Shown: positions 31,347-41,315, numbered from the stretch's first letter. The stretch is 64,000 nt of DNA from an uncultured Hyphomicrobium sp. (GCA_964386545.1 CAYLSI010000014.1:8298-72297), one strand, 5' to 3'. The notes: a model not told the origin generated them from the letters alone. Numbers and translations: made by a program.

Positions 31347-32462
31347 TTGCTTTCCAACGCCCGGACTGAGATTATTGGGAAATCCGTAACGTTAATGGAA
31401 TCTTTACGGTTTCAGACGGATGGTCGTTCGTATGCGCCAGGGGGAAAGCGTGTGCGTTTAAACATCCTCACTGCCAGGTCTGTCTCTCGCTTGAAGCTCG
31501 CGCTCTGCGCCGGGCTCGTGGGTCTCATGATGGCTGCCTGCAGCTCCGCGCCGGGGCTGCTTCCCCCGTCCGAACAGCCGTTGGCCGCCGAAACCGTGTC
31601 GCTGCTCGGCAAGAAGGGCATGACCTCGAGCGCGCCGATCTTCGTGCGCATCTTCAAGGAAGAATCCGAGCTCGAAGTCTGGAAGATGCGCGACGACGGG
31701 CGCTTCTATCACTTCAAGACCTACCCGATCTGCAACTGGTCGGGCGAGCTGGGTCCGAAGCTCAAGCAGGGCGACAAGCAGGCGCCCGAAGGCTTCTACA
31801 CGATTTCCGAAAACCAGATGAACCCGAACTCGAAGTTCTATCTGGCCTTCAACCTCGGCTATCCGAACGCCTACGACCGCGCGCACGGCCGCACGGGCGA
31901 AGCGCTGATGGTGCACGGCAAGTGCAAGTCCGCCGGCTGCTACGCCATGACGGACGCGCTGGCCGAGGAGATCTATGCGCTCGCGCGCGACGCCTTCCGC
32001 AGCGGGCAGACGAGCTTCCAGGTCCATGCCTTCCCCTTCCGCATGACGCAGGAGAAGCTCGACCGCTTCAAGAAGCACAAGTGGTACACGTTCTGGTCCA
32101 CGCTGAAGCAGGGCTACGACTTCTTCGAGACCAACCGCGTGCCGCCGGCCGTGGCCGTGTGCGAGCGGCGCTACGTCGTCAACGCCGTCATGACGGCCGC
32201 CCAGCGCATCGACCCCGAAGGCCGGTGCCCGACGTTCATGCGTCCGCAGCTTCAGCCGTTCGCGCCGCGTCAGTCGGAATGGCAGCTCGCCTCCGAGCGC
32301 GTGACCGTGCCAGGCCCCAAGACGCGCGACGCGATGGAAGTCGCCGCCTCGACGCGGCAGTCGCAGGACGATGCGTTCGCCGCAGTCGCGGGCGCAACGG
32401 GAGCGATCCCGGATTCGCGCGCCATGCTGCCGGGCGCGTCGGCCCTCGGCTTCAATCCGTAG
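31347..32462 (+). CDS. YafK/LdtF (DpaA)-family L,D-transpeptidase-fold lipoprotein, paralog 1
   Basis: Block-wise similarity to E. coli YafK: IFKEESELEVW, YPICNWSGELGPKLKQGDKQAPEGFY, NLGYPNAYDRAHGRTGEALMVHGKCKSAGCYAMT (catalytic Cys), FPFRMT. Lipobox LMMAAC. True start may be internal (GTG 31452). Confidence 0.75.
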   Translation: MLSNARTEIIGKSVTLMESLRFQTDGRSYAPGGKRVRLNILTARSVSRLKLALCAGLVGLMMAACSSAPGLLPPSEQPLAAETVSLLGKKGMTSSAPIFVRIFKEESELEVWKMRDDGRFYHFKTYPICNWSGELGPKLKQGDKQAPEGFYTISENQMNPNSKFYLAFNLGYPNAYDRAHGRTGEALMVHGKCKSAGCYAMTDALAEEIYALARDAFRSGQTSFQVHAFPFRMTQEKLDRFKKHKWYTFWSTLKQGYDFFETNRVPPAVAVCERRYVVNAVMTAAQRIDPEGRCPTFMRPQLQPFAPRQSEWQLASERVTVPGPKTRDAMEVAASTRQSQDDAFAAVAGATGAIPDSRAMLPGASALGFNP

Positions 32463-32466
32463 ACCT

Positions 32467-33366
32467 GTGAGCAAAAACCCGCCCGCGAGCAAGCCGCGAC
32501 GCGCCTTCGGCGCGCGGGCTTTCTCCACGCTCTTGCGCCTGCTGCTCGTGCTGTTCGTCGTCGTGCCCGCCATCGTCGGGCTCTACGCCATCGCGCGCCC
32601 CGTCGAAGCGGAGCGCGACTGGATCGGCATCCAGCGCTACTGGCGCGTGACGCTCGCGAGCTTCGGCATCCCGCTGCCCGGCACGCCGGCGCTCTACGAC
32701 GTGGAGCGCCGCCTCCAGGCGCACGGCGTAGCGGTCGGCGATCCGATCCTCATGCGCATCTTCAAGCGCGAGTTCGAGCTCGAGCTTTGGATGATGCGCG
32801 ACGGCCGGTTCCTCAAGTTCGCAACCTATCCGATCTGCAAATGGTCGGGCGAGCTGGGGCCCAAGCTCAAGACTGGCGATCGCCAGGCGCCGGAGGGCTT
32901 CTATACGGTCGACAAGCAGGCGCTCAATCCCAACAGCGCCTGGCACCGCTCGTTCAACCTCGGCTTCCCCAACACGTTCGATCGCGCCCATGGCCGCACC
33001 GGCTCGTTCCTGATGGTGCACGGCGGCTGCGGCTCGATCGGCTGCTACGCCATGACGAACCCGGTGATCGACGAGATCTGGCGGCTGGTGACGGCGGCCC
33101 TGGACGGGCGGCAGCCGCGCTTTCAGGTCCAGGTGTACCCGTTCCGGATGACGGAAAAGAACCTCGGCCGCCACGCGGGCTCGCCGCAGGAGGCGTTCTG
33201 GGCCAACCTCAAGGAGGGCTACGACCTCTTCGAGGCGGACCACGTGCCGCCCAAGGTCGGCGTCTGCGGCAAGCGCTACGCCTTCACTCCGGGGACGGAT
33301 GGGTTCGACGGCAGCGCGCCGATCGCGGCCGAATGTCCTGCCGGCGCCGCCGCGCCGAAGACCTGA
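32467..33366 (+). CDS. YafK/LdtF (DpaA)-family protein, paralog 2 (signal-anchor N-terminus)
   Basis: Same conserved blocks (MVHGGCGSIGCYAMT). GTG start at 32467 immediately after the paralog 1 stop. Confidence 0.7.
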   Translation: MSKNPPASKPRRAFGARAFSTLLRLLLVLFVVVPAIVGLYAIARPVEAERDWIGIQRYWRVTLASFGIPLPGTPALYDVERRLQAHGVAVGDPILMRIFKREFELELWMMRDGRFLKFATYPICKWSGELGPKLKTGDRQAPEGFYTVDKQALNPNSAWHRSFNLGFPNTFDRAHGRTGSFLMVHGGCGSIGCYAMTNPVIDEIWRLVTAALDGRQPRFQVQVYPFRMTEKNLGRHAGSPQEAFWANLKEGYDLFEADHVPPKVGVCGKRYAFTPGTDGFDGSAPIAAECPAGAAAPKT

Positions 33367-33514
33367 GGCGCGGGCAAGTTATCCACACGGAGCGAAACCG
33401 CGCACGCGCCCTCGACCGCAACGGCGAATTATCGCTAAGATAACGCTACCATTTTCGGATTCGCGCTCGCATGCTCTGCATCGTCTGCGTGGTCTTCCGA
33501 CAAGGCGGTGCAGG

Positions 33515-34504
33515 ATGTTTCGCGGCGAAAGCCTTCAGCGGCGATGGTTTGCGGCCGGGCGCATGTCCCGCGCCGGGCTCGTCGTGTCGGCGGTGCTGGC
33601 CTTCACGCCGCAGGCGCAAGCCATCTCCATCGAGCTCAAGGACGTCGCGGCCGACCGCATCGAGCGCCAGCGCGCCTACGTGGACGGGCGCACGCCCCTT
33701 CCCCGCACGCCGGACATGGGCCGCTTCAAGGAGCGGCTCGAGGCGGCCGGGCTCAAGTCCGGCTCGCCGGTGCTCCTCCGCGTCTTCAAGGAGACGAGCG
33801 AGCTCGAGCTCTGGATCGAGAAGGGCGAGCGCTTCGAGCTGTTCGCGACCTACCCGATCTGCCATTGGTCCGGCTCGCTCGGTCCCAAGCTCAAGGAAGG
33901 CGACAAGCAGACGCCCGAGGGCTTCTATGCCGTGGGCCAGCGTCAGCTCCGCCAGCTCGGCCGCTGGCCGCGGGCGATCAACCTCGGCTTTCCGAACGCC
34001 TACGACCGCGCCCATGACCGGGACGGCTCCTACATCCTCATGCACGGCGGCTGCTCGTCGGTCGGCTGCTTCGCGATGACCAATCCCGTGATGAGCGAAA
34101 TCCACGGGCTCGCGAAGGCCGCCATCCAGGGCGGCCAGCGCTACGTGCCCGTGCACGTCTTCCCATTCCGGATGACGGACGCGGCGCTCGCGGCGCACGC
34201 GTCGAGCCCGTGGCACCGCTTCTGGACCAGCCTGCAAGCCGGCTACACCTCGTTCGAGCGGACCAAGCGGCCGCCGCGCGTCAGCGTCTGCGAGGGGGAG
34301 TACCGCGTCGAGGACGGGCGGCCGAAGTCCGCCGGTCAGGCCGAGGCGGAGCCCGACGACCGCAAGCGCGGGCGGAAGAAGTCGCGCAGCGGCATGATGG
34401 TGGGCGCGCTGCATGTGGGCTGCCCCGAGCCGGCTCCCGTGACGACGGCCGAGAAGGCCAACGCCGCCACGGCGGATGGCGCGCCTTCCGCGCAACCGCG
34501 CTGA
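33515..34504 (+). CDS. YafK/LdtF (DpaA)-family protein, paralog 3 (cleavable signal peptide ...TPQAQA)
   Basis: Same conserved blocks (LMHGGCSSVGCFAMT). Basic C-terminal tail. Confidence 0.75.
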   Translation: MFRGESLQRRWFAAGRMSRAGLVVSAVLAFTPQAQAISIELKDVAADRIERQRAYVDGRTPLPRTPDMGRFKERLEAAGLKSGSPVLLRVFKETSELELWIEKGERFELFATYPICHWSGSLGPKLKEGDKQTPEGFYAVGQRQLRQLGRWPRAINLGFPNAYDRAHDRDGSYILMHGGCSSVGCFAMTNPVMSEIHGLAKAAIQGGQRYVPVHVFPFRMTDAALAAHASSPWHRFWTSLQAGYTSFERTKRPPRVSVCEGEYRVEDGRPKSAGQAEAEPDDRKRGRKKSRSGMMVGALHVGCPEPAPVTTAEKANAATADGAPSAQPR

Positions 34505-34621
34505 CCGCCCATTTTTTGGGGGACCCAGGCTGTCCGATCGCGGCGCCGCGCCGTCTTGCCGGCCCGGCTCCGGCCGTGCCATACAGCCCGCGTTTCCAGC
34601 AGCAGACAGCGAGCCTTTCCC

Positions 34622-35173
34622 ATGAGCGAAGACGCGACCAACAAAGTCGAGAAGATCTTTGAGACGCTGATCTTCGCGAGCCGGTGGCTGCTCGCTCCGT
34701 TCTATCTGGGCCTCGCCGTCTCGCTCGTCGTCCTGCTCATCAAGTTCGCGGGAGAGCTCTTCCACATCGCCTCGCACGCGTTCACGTCGACCGAGAGCGA
34801 GGTGATCCTCGGCGTGCTGGCGCTGGTGGACCTCACGCTGACGGGCTCGCTGCTCATCATCGTCATCTTCTCGGGCTACGAGAACTTCGTGTCGAAGATC
34901 GACCACAGCGGCCATCGCGACTGGCCGGAGTGGATGGGCACCATCGACTTCTCGGGCCTCAAGCTGAAGCTGCTCTCCTCGATCGTCGCGATCTCGGCGA
35001 TCCAGCTCCTCAAGCAGTTCATGTCGCTCAAGACCGTGTCGGACCGCGACATCTTCTGGCTGGTCATCATCCACGTGGTGTTCGTCGTGTCGGGCGTGCT
35101 GCTCGCGCTATCGGACCGCATCGCCGGCCACGGCCACAAGGAGCCGGCGACGCCCGGCAAGGCGGAGCACTGA
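34622..35173 (+). CDS. YqhA/UPF0114 family membrane protein
   Basis: ASRWLLAPFYLGL...FSGYENFVSK signature of UPF0114. Confidence 0.8.
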   Translation: MSEDATNKVEKIFETLIFASRWLLAPFYLGLAVSLVVLLIKFAGELFHIASHAFTSTESEVILGVLALVDLTLTGSLLIIVIFSGYENFVSKIDHSGHRDWPEWMGTIDFSGLKLKLLSSIVAISAIQLLKQFMSLKTVSDRDIFWLVIIHVVFVVSGVLLALSDRIAGHGHKEPATPGKAEH

Positions 35174-35306
35174 GGCTCTTTCCACGGTGCTCGGACGTGG
35201 GTGCTCGGACGTGTCTGGATCCCGGCCGTCCCTGCGGAGCGTGGCTTCGCCATGACGCCGGGATGACGTCAGTGGGTGTGGGCGCCGGTCGTACCCCAAC
35301 ACCGTC

Positions 35307-35326
35307 ACCCCGACGGAGGTCGGGGT
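35307..35326. terminator. GC-rich hairpin (CCCCGAC-gga-GTCGGGG) between convergent genes; possible bidirectional terminator
   Basis: 8-bp stem read directly. No clear U-tract. Confidence 0.25.
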
Positions 35327-35369
35327 CCAGATCCGTCACCGGATGGATAGCCGGCGGCCAACGACGTCC

Positions 35370-37580
35370 TCACGCGACGCGCTTCGTCTCGATCTGGCGC
35401 TTGGCCAGGAACTCCAGCATCGCGGGCTGCGGGACGGCTTTGCTGAACAGGTAGCCCTGCCCCTGCTCGCATCCGATGTGGCGCAGGCAGGCCAGCTCGC
35501 TCTCCGTCTCGATGCCCTCGGCCGTGATCGTCTTGCCGAGCGTGACCCCGAGGCCGACGATGGCGCGGACGACGGCCTGCTTCTCGACGTTGCCGGCGAT
35601 GCCGCTCACGAACGACCGGTCGATCTTGATCTTGTCGAACGGGAACGAGCACAGGTAGCCGAGCGACGAATAGCCCGTGCCGAAGTCGTCCATCGCGATG
35701 CGCGTGCCCAGGTGGCGCAAGGCGTCCAGGGTTTCGAGCACGGCGCTCGACCGGTCGAGGAACAGGGATTCCGTGATTTCCAGCTCCAGCCGTTGCGGCT
35801 CGAGACCGCTGGCGGCGAGCGCGGCGCGCACCGTTTCGCAGACATCGAGGCTCTGGAACTGGATCGGCGAAATGTTGACCGCGACGCGCATGTGCGGCGG
35901 CCAGGCCATGGCGTCCTTGCAGGCGCGGCGCAGCACGAACTCGCCCAGCGCGCCGATCAGGCCCGCCTCCTCGGCGATGGGAATGAAGTCCACCGGCGAG
36001 ACGAAGCCGCGCTCGGGATGGATCCAGCGCACGAGAGCTTCGGCGCCGACGGTCGCGCCGGCTTCGAGCGCCACGAGCGGCTGATAATGCACATCGAGCG
36101 TGCCGGTCTGCAGCGCCACGCGCAGGTCCGCTTCGAGGCGGCGGCGGGCCTGGGCGCGCGCGTTCATGTCCGGCTCGAAATAGCGGTAGGAACCCTTGCC
36201 GCGCTGCTTCACCTGCGACAGGGCGAGGTTGGCGTTCTTGAGAAGCTTCTCGGCTTCATCGCCGTCGCTGGGCGCGACCGCGATGCCGATGCTCGCGCCG
36301 ATGGCGATCTGCTGATCGTGGATACCGTAAGGGCGACTGATCGTCTCGATCAGGCGCTTGGCCAGCGTGCTGATCTCCTCTGCGTTCGCGACGTTCGACA
36401 GCACGATGCCGAACTCGTCGCCGCCGAGGCGCGCGGCCTTGGCGTCCTGGCGCAGCGTCTTGTTGATCCGGCGCGCGACCGCTTGCAGCAGCAGGTCTCC
36501 GGCCGCCTGTCCCAGCGTTTCGTTGACGACCTTGAAGTTGTCGAGGCCGATGCACAGCGCAGCACCCAGGCCACCTTGCGCTTGCACAAGCGCGAGCATC
36601 TCCTGGGTATGCTCCAGGTGCCTGGCGCGGTTCGAGAGCCCGGTCAGCGCATCGTGGTGCGCGAGATAGGCCACCTGCGCCTCGGCCCGGCGGCGCTCGG
36701 TGATGTCGACGGCCGCGACGAGCACGGCGGGGGCGCGCTCGTGCACGATCATCTGCGAGAAGATTGCCACTTCGATGCGCGTGCCGTCGCGCTTCAAGTG
36801 CGTCCACGACTGGTCGGCCAGCAGGCCCGGCGCGGGGCTGTAGAGATCGTCGATCCGGTCATGACTGTCGGCGGCATGCAGGCATTGCACGGAGCGGCCG
36901 ATCAGCTCGTCGCCGAGGTAGCCGTAGTGGCTGCGCGCGGCGGCGTTGGCCGACAGGATGGTGCGGGCCGGCTGGGACACGACGAACATCGGCACGGGGT
37001 TGGCTTCGAACAGCAGCCGGAACGACGCCTCGCGCTCCTTGAGGTCGGTGATGTCGACGCGCAGGCCGATCATGCCGCCGTCCGCAGTGCGGCGCTCGTC
37101 GATCAGGATGCAGCGGCCGTCCGAGAGCCACTGCTCGTGGCGCTCCGCGGGGGCCTCAAGCTTCGCCAGGCGCTCCGCGATCCATTCCTCCTCGCGGCCG
37201 ATGGCGGAGGGGTAGTCGCCCCGGTTCACGCCGACGCGCAGCGTGTCCTCGAGGCGCACGCCGACTTTGAAGAGGTCCGCGGAGCGGTGATAGATTTGCG
37301 CGTACTGCTCGTTCCAGAGCACATAGCGGCCCTCGGAATCGAGGAAGACGATGCCCTGGGGGAGGATCTCGATGGCGTCGCGCAGGCGCGCGTTGGCCGT
37401 GCGCGCCGCGTCCACCGCGTTGCGCGCCGTTGCGAGGGCGGCTTCCACCGCCGCATCGTGGGGCGCGGTCTCCGCGCCATGGCGCGTGGCGACATCGCCC
37501 TGCAAAACCTTGAGCGCCGACCGGAGAGGACGACGCCCCGCGCCCTTCACCCGACTATCGAATTTCCGTCTCGCCATCAC
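35370..37580 (-). CDS. PAS/PAS-GGDEF-EAL bifunctional diguanylate cyclase/phosphodiesterase
   Basis: GGDEFGIV (GGDEF), EAL domain motifs (EALVRW, DDFGTGYSSL). Confidence 0.85.
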   Translation of the reverse strand: MMARRKFDSRVKGAGRRPLRSALKVLQGDVATRHGAETAPHDAAVEAALATARNAVDAARTANARLRDAIEILPQGIVFLDSEGRYVLWNEQYAQIYHRSADLFKVGVRLEDTLRVGVNRGDYPSAIGREEEWIAERLAKLEAPAERHEQWLSDGRCILIDERRTADGGMIGLRVDITDLKEREASFRLLFEANPVPMFVVSQPARTILSANAAARSHYGYLGDELIGRSVQCLHAADSHDRIDDLYSPAPGLLADQSWTHLKRDGTRIEVAIFSQMIVHERAPAVLVAAVDITERRRAEAQVAYLAHHDALTGLSNRARHLEHTQEMLALVQAQGGLGAALCIGLDNFKVVNETLGQAAGDLLLQAVARRINKTLRQDAKAARLGGDEFGIVLSNVANAEEISTLAKRLIETISRPYGIHDQQIAIGASIGIAVAPSDGDEAEKLLKNANLALSQVKQRGKGSYRYFEPDMNARAQARRRLEADLRVALQTGTLDVHYQPLVALEAGATVGAEALVRWIHPERGFVSPVDFIPIAEEAGLIGALGEFVLRRACKDAMAWPPHMRVAVNISPIQFQSLDVCETVRAALAASGLEPQRLELEITESLFLDRSSAVLETLDALRHLGTRIAMDDFGTGYSSLGYLCSFPFDKIKIDRSFVSGIAGNVEKQAVVRAIVGLGVTLGKTITAEGIETESELACLRHIGCEQGQGYLFSKAVPQPAMLEFLAKRQIETKRVA

Positions 37581-37900
37581 ACCCGCCCGCGTGGATCGTT
37601 CGGGCTCGACTATCCGGGCCGCTGCTTAAGAAGATCTTGTTTTTCCTCTGGGGAAAAGCGGCGAAACCCTTCAAAACAAAGGCGAAATGCCTGCATTTTT
37701 GGCACCCTGGACGTTGTTCTTCGAGCCGGTCGCAAACACCGCGTTAACCTCTGCCGTGCGGGCAGGCGCTTTCGGACGTTCAAATCGAAATTTGCGAGGC
37801 CGCTTGCCGATGCCGCCTGAAAATTGCCAAGACGCTGCCCAATTCCGCTGCAGTTGCTTCATTTCGACAAACCTTTGTTCATGGTTAGCGGACCGTTAAC

Positions 37901-39031
37901 GTGCAGCCCTACCCTGTTCTCATCGTCGGCGGCACGGGCGCGTTCGGATCTCGCATTGCCGAGCTTCTGCGCCGGAGCGACGCGTTTGCGCTCGTTCTCG
38001 GCGGCCGGAATCGCGCCGCGCTCGATGCTCTGGCCGATGCCATGGCGCAAGACGGAAAGGCCCGTCCTCGCGTGCTCGCCATCAACGCCACAACGGCGAC
38101 CGGCGCGGAGATCGCCGCATCCGGCGCGGCGCTCGTCATCAATGCGTCGGGGCCGTTCCAGGGCGCCGGCTATGCGCTCGCCCGCGCCGCCATCGCCGCG
38201 CGGTGTCACTACGTGGACCTCGCGGACGGCCGGGCGTTCGTGAAGGATTTTCCGGCGCTCGACGCAGCGGCTCAAGCGGCCGGCGTGCTCGCGATCTCGG
38301 GGGCAAGCTCCGTACCCGGCCTCTCGTCGGCGGTCGTCGCCCACGTGCAGGATCGCTTCGCCGCGGTGCGGACGATCGACATCGCGATCTCCCCGGGCAA
38401 CGCGTTCGATCCCGGCGTCGCGACCGTGCAAGCGGTTCTCGGCGGCGTCGGCCAGCCGCTCAGAGTCTTCCACGACGGGGACTGGCAGACCGTCTACGGC
38501 TGGCAGGGGCTGCGGCGCGGAGACTTCGGCGCGGCGGGCCGGCGCTGGCTCGGCTATGTGGCGGTGCCGGATCTCGACCTCTTCCCGGCGCATGTGACCG
38601 GGATCAGCACCGTCCGCTTCCAGGCGGGGCTCGAAGTCTCGCTCTTTCATCTGGGCCTTTGGGCCGCGTCGTGGCTCGTGCGCTGCGGGGCGGTTCGCAG
38701 CCTCGCGCCGCTGGCGTCCTTCCTGCTCGCCGTCAAGCGGCGGCTCAATCGGCTGGGCAGCGATGCCGGCGGCATGACGGTCGAGATCGGCGGCCTCTCG
38801 CGCACCGGAGAGCCCCAACTCGTACGGTGGGAGCTCGTCGCCAAGAATGGCCACGGCCCCTATGTGCCCGCGCTCGCCTCGGTCGCGATCGCACGGCGGC
38901 TGGCGTCGGGCGCGGAGACGCGCACGGGCGCCCGCGCCTGCTACAGGGCCGCCGCGCTTTCCGACATTCTCGCGGAGGCGGAGGGGCTGGCCATTACGGC
39001 ATCGTTCCAAGAAAAACCCCTCCCGCGGTAG
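37901..39031 (+). CDS. saccharopine dehydrogenase NADP-binding domain-containing protein
   Basis: N-terminal Rossmann VLIVGGTGAFGSRIA. GTG start. Confidence 0.7.
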   Translation: MQPYPVLIVGGTGAFGSRIAELLRRSDAFALVLGGRNRAALDALADAMAQDGKARPRVLAINATTATGAEIAASGAALVINASGPFQGAGYALARAAIAARCHYVDLADGRAFVKDFPALDAAAQAAGVLAISGASSVPGLSSAVVAHVQDRFAAVRTIDIAISPGNAFDPGVATVQAVLGGVGQPLRVFHDGDWQTVYGWQGLRRGDFGAAGRRWLGYVAVPDLDLFPAHVTGISTVRFQAGLEVSLFHLGLWAASWLVRCGAVRSLAPLASFLLAVKRRLNRLGSDAGGMTVEIGGLSRTGEPQLVRWELVAKNGHGPYVPALASVAIARRLASGAETRTGARACYRAAALSDILAEAEGLAITASFQEKPLPR

Positions 39032-39071
39032 GCGGGAGGGGCTGTGTCGCGTTTCTCTGGTGTCGCGCCGA

Positions 39072-39506
39072 TCAGGTGCGCCAGGGGTGCTCCGGCAGGT
39101 CGGAGACGCCGCAGACCTTCACGCCGGCGGCTGCGACCTTGTGGTCGTTCTCGACGGAGCTTCCCGACACGCCGATGGCGCCCACGAGCACGCCTTCCTT
39201 GTCGACGATCGGAAGACCGCCCGGGAAGGTGATCAGGCCGTCGTTCGAATGCTCGATGCCGAACAGCGGGCCGCCCGGCTGCGAGAGCTGGCCGATCGCG
39301 CCCGTCGGCATGCCGAAGAAGACCGCCGTCTTCGCTTTCTTGATGGCGATGTCGATGGAGCCGACCCAGGCGTCGTCCATGCGGTGGAAGGCCTTCAGGT
39401 TGGCGCCGCTGTCGACGACGGCGATACACATCTTGGTTTTGGTCTTCTCGGCCTCCTTGCGGGCGGCTTCGATGATTTTCTTGGCGTCGTCGATCGTCAC
39501 GTGCAT
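39072..39506 (-). CDS. GlcG/HbpS-like heme-binding protein (DUF336)
   Basis: 144 aa from [27 protein letters not shown] motif typical of DUF336. Confidence 0.7.
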   Translation of the reverse strand: MHVTIDDAKKIIEAARKEAEKTKTKMCIAVVDSGANLKAFHRMDDAWVGSIDIAIKKAKTAVFFGMPTGAIGQLSQPGGPLFGIEHSNDGLITFPGGLPIVDKEGVLVGAIGVSGSSVENDHKVAAAGVKVCGVSDLPEHPWRT

Positions 39507-39618
39507 GGTCTTTTTTCCTCCGGTGCGCGCGCAATTTCGCGCGGAAGTGCATATCGCGGCCGTAGCCCGGTTTTTCAATGCCGTGCGTCGGTTTCACGCG
39601 TTAACCCTGCCGCCGCGC

Positions 39619-40779
39619 TCAGGTGCCCGGCTTCTCGTCCGCGCTCAACTTGTAGAGGCTCGACAGCAGGGCATCGAGGCCGCCCGCACCCGCTCCCGTG
39701 TGCAGGTCGATGCGGCCGACCTTCTCGACCAGCTTCTCGAGCGCTTCGAGCTCCTTGAGCCGCAGCAGAAGCGGGTTGTTTTCCATGAGCTTCGAAGTGT
39801 TGAGCAGCGAGCGCGTCGCGGCCGTCTCCTCCTGGCGGCGGATGATGTTGGCCTTGGCGATGCGCTCGGCCTCCACGACCTTGTTCAGAAGCTCGCGCAC
39901 GTCGCCCGGCAGGATGATGTCCTTGACGCCGATCTCGCCCACCTCGGCGCCGAGCGCGGCGGCCCGCTCGGTCACGTAGGCGCGGACCTCGCGGTCGATC
40001 GTGTCGCGGGCAGCCAGGATCTCGTCCAGCGTGCGGGCGGCCACGGCCTCGCGGATCGCGAACTGGATCAGGCGGTAGAGCGTGGCGTTGACGTCGCCCG
40101 CCGCCATTGCCGCCTTCTCGGGATCGACGATGCGCGCGAAGGCGGTCAGCGTCACGCGGATGCCGACGCGATCCTTGGTCAGGATCTCCTGGGCGGTGAC
40201 CTCGAGCGGCTGGGGCCGCATGTCCATCTTGGCAATGCGTACCTGCCGGCCGACCGCCCAAAAGGCATGGCGGCCCGGGCCGAGGCGCTCGGTCAGGATG
40301 CCGTCCACGTAGAGGAGGCCCGCCTCGTGGGCGTCCACCACGGCCGAGACGACGGTGTTGCCCGAGCGGGCCGCGTCGAGCTTGTCCAGGTGGCGCTTCT
40401 CGACGCGAAGCTGGTCCGCCGTGTCGATCGTCTCGACCGTGACGGCCGTCAGCGTCTTCCAGAAGACGCGCGTCGTGTTCGGCAGCACGAGATGCTTCGG
40501 GTCGCCGTCGAGCGACACGATGGCGACCTGCGTCGGCCCCGGCTGCACGATGGCGAAGTGCTCCTCGGCGAGATCCGGCTCGGTCCTGGCGAGCAGCAGC
40601 GCCTGCTCCGGCAACAGCTCGGCCCGCAGCACCTTCACGATCTCGACCGTGAGCTGACCCATGACGTCGAACTCCGCGAAACGGCCCGGCGCCAGCAGCT
40701 TCTCGAAGCGGCCATCGCGCCGCAGGATGCCGCGCTCGTCGTCCTTGATGATGGCCGTCGTCCAAAACTTGAGCGGCAT
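39619..40779 (-). CDS. SPFH/Band-7 (stomatin/flotillin-like) domain protein
   Basis: 386 aa. SPFH core followed by an extended coiled-coil-like region rich in E/A/R. Confidence 0.75.
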   Translation of the reverse strand: MPLKFWTTAIIKDDERGILRRDGRFEKLLAPGRFAEFDVMGQLTVEIVKVLRAELLPEQALLLARTEPDLAEEHFAIVQPGPTQVAIVSLDGDPKHLVLPNTTRVFWKTLTAVTVETIDTADQLRVEKRHLDKLDAARSGNTVVSAVVDAHEAGLLYVDGILTERLGPGRHAFWAVGRQVRIAKMDMRPQPLEVTAQEILTKDRVGIRVTLTAFARIVDPEKAAMAAGDVNATLYRLIQFAIREAVAARTLDEILAARDTIDREVRAYVTERAAALGAEVGEIGVKDIILPGDVRELLNKVVEAERIAKANIIRRQEETAATRSLLNTSKLMENNPLLLRLKELEALEKLVEKVGRIDLHTGAGAGGLDALLSSLYKLSADEKPGT

Positions 40780-41171
40780 GCAAAACTCCCAAACTCAAAC
40801 GCGGTGCGCCGGAGCGCTTTCTTTAACCGACCCGGCCGAAATCGGGCACGGGCCTTCGGTGACCTTCGTTACCGGCCAGCGCCGCCGGGGGACGTGCACC
40901 CTGGCAGCAGGTCGCCGGCCGCAACCCCACAGCTCGGCGCGGGCCCGGGCTTGAGCCTTGCGGCGCCGCCTTCCGCCGCCCGCCCGCTCACGGCTCCCGA
41001 AGGAGACGCAAGACGAGACCGGACGGCTCCGGCTTGGCCGCGAGGCGGTATCCGCACGGGCGCGGAGCGCTTCACCGCTTGCCGCCGCTCCCCCTCTCGG
41101 CCGAAGCCTCGAAGGCGAGCATTGGCCGGAGCAACGGCCGGCTTCCCAGAAGTCGAGATCGCTTGGAAGGC

Positions 41172-41243
41172 GATTGGCATGGGAGTCGAACCCACGACAG
41201 CGAGAGTAACAGTCTCGTGCTCTACCCACTGAGCTAGCCACTG
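41172..41243 (-). tRNA. tRNA-like sequence with anticodon GTT (Asn), apparently degenerate
   Basis: Canonical D-arm (GCTCAGTGGGTAGAGC), anticodon arm CGAGA-CTGTTAC-TCTCG and T-arm (GTGGG-TTCGACT-CCCAT). The 8-9 linker is missing relative to the tRNA-His-like 5' GTGGCTA, and acceptor 1:72 and 3:70 are mismatched. Could still be annotated as tRNA-Asn by covariance tools. Confidence 0.4.
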
Positions 41244-41315
41244 GAGAAGCCAAAGGGACTCGAACCCCCGACCGCCCGGAGATGTCCGGGTGCTCTGCCG
41301 CTGAGCTATGGCCTC
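41242..41315 (-). tRNA. tRNA-like sequence with CAT in a non-canonical 6-nt anticodon loop (Met/Ile2-like), with 3' CCA that abuts or overlaps the 5' end of the neighbouring tRNA-like sequence
   Basis: Good acceptor stem (GAGGCCA/TGGCTTC), D-arm, T-arm (GGGGG-TTCGAGT-CCCTT) and encoded CCA. The anticodon arm is CCCGG-ACATCT-CCGGG, a 6-nt loop. Confidence 0.4.

Noticed and set aside
35187-35215. 14-bp tandem duplication GGTGCTCGGACGTG x2 downstream of the YqhA-family gene
   Set aside because: Single short duplication with no further structure. Likely replication slippage.
37620-37900. sigma-54-like TGGCAC...GTTG and a CtrA-like TTAG-N7-TTAAC box in the divergent promoter between the GGDEF-EAL gene and the saccharopine-dehydrogenase-like gene
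   Set aside because: The spacing and -12 element do not fit TGGCAC-N5-TTGC. The CtrA box has a mismatch and abuts the start codon. Recorded only as weak possibilities.
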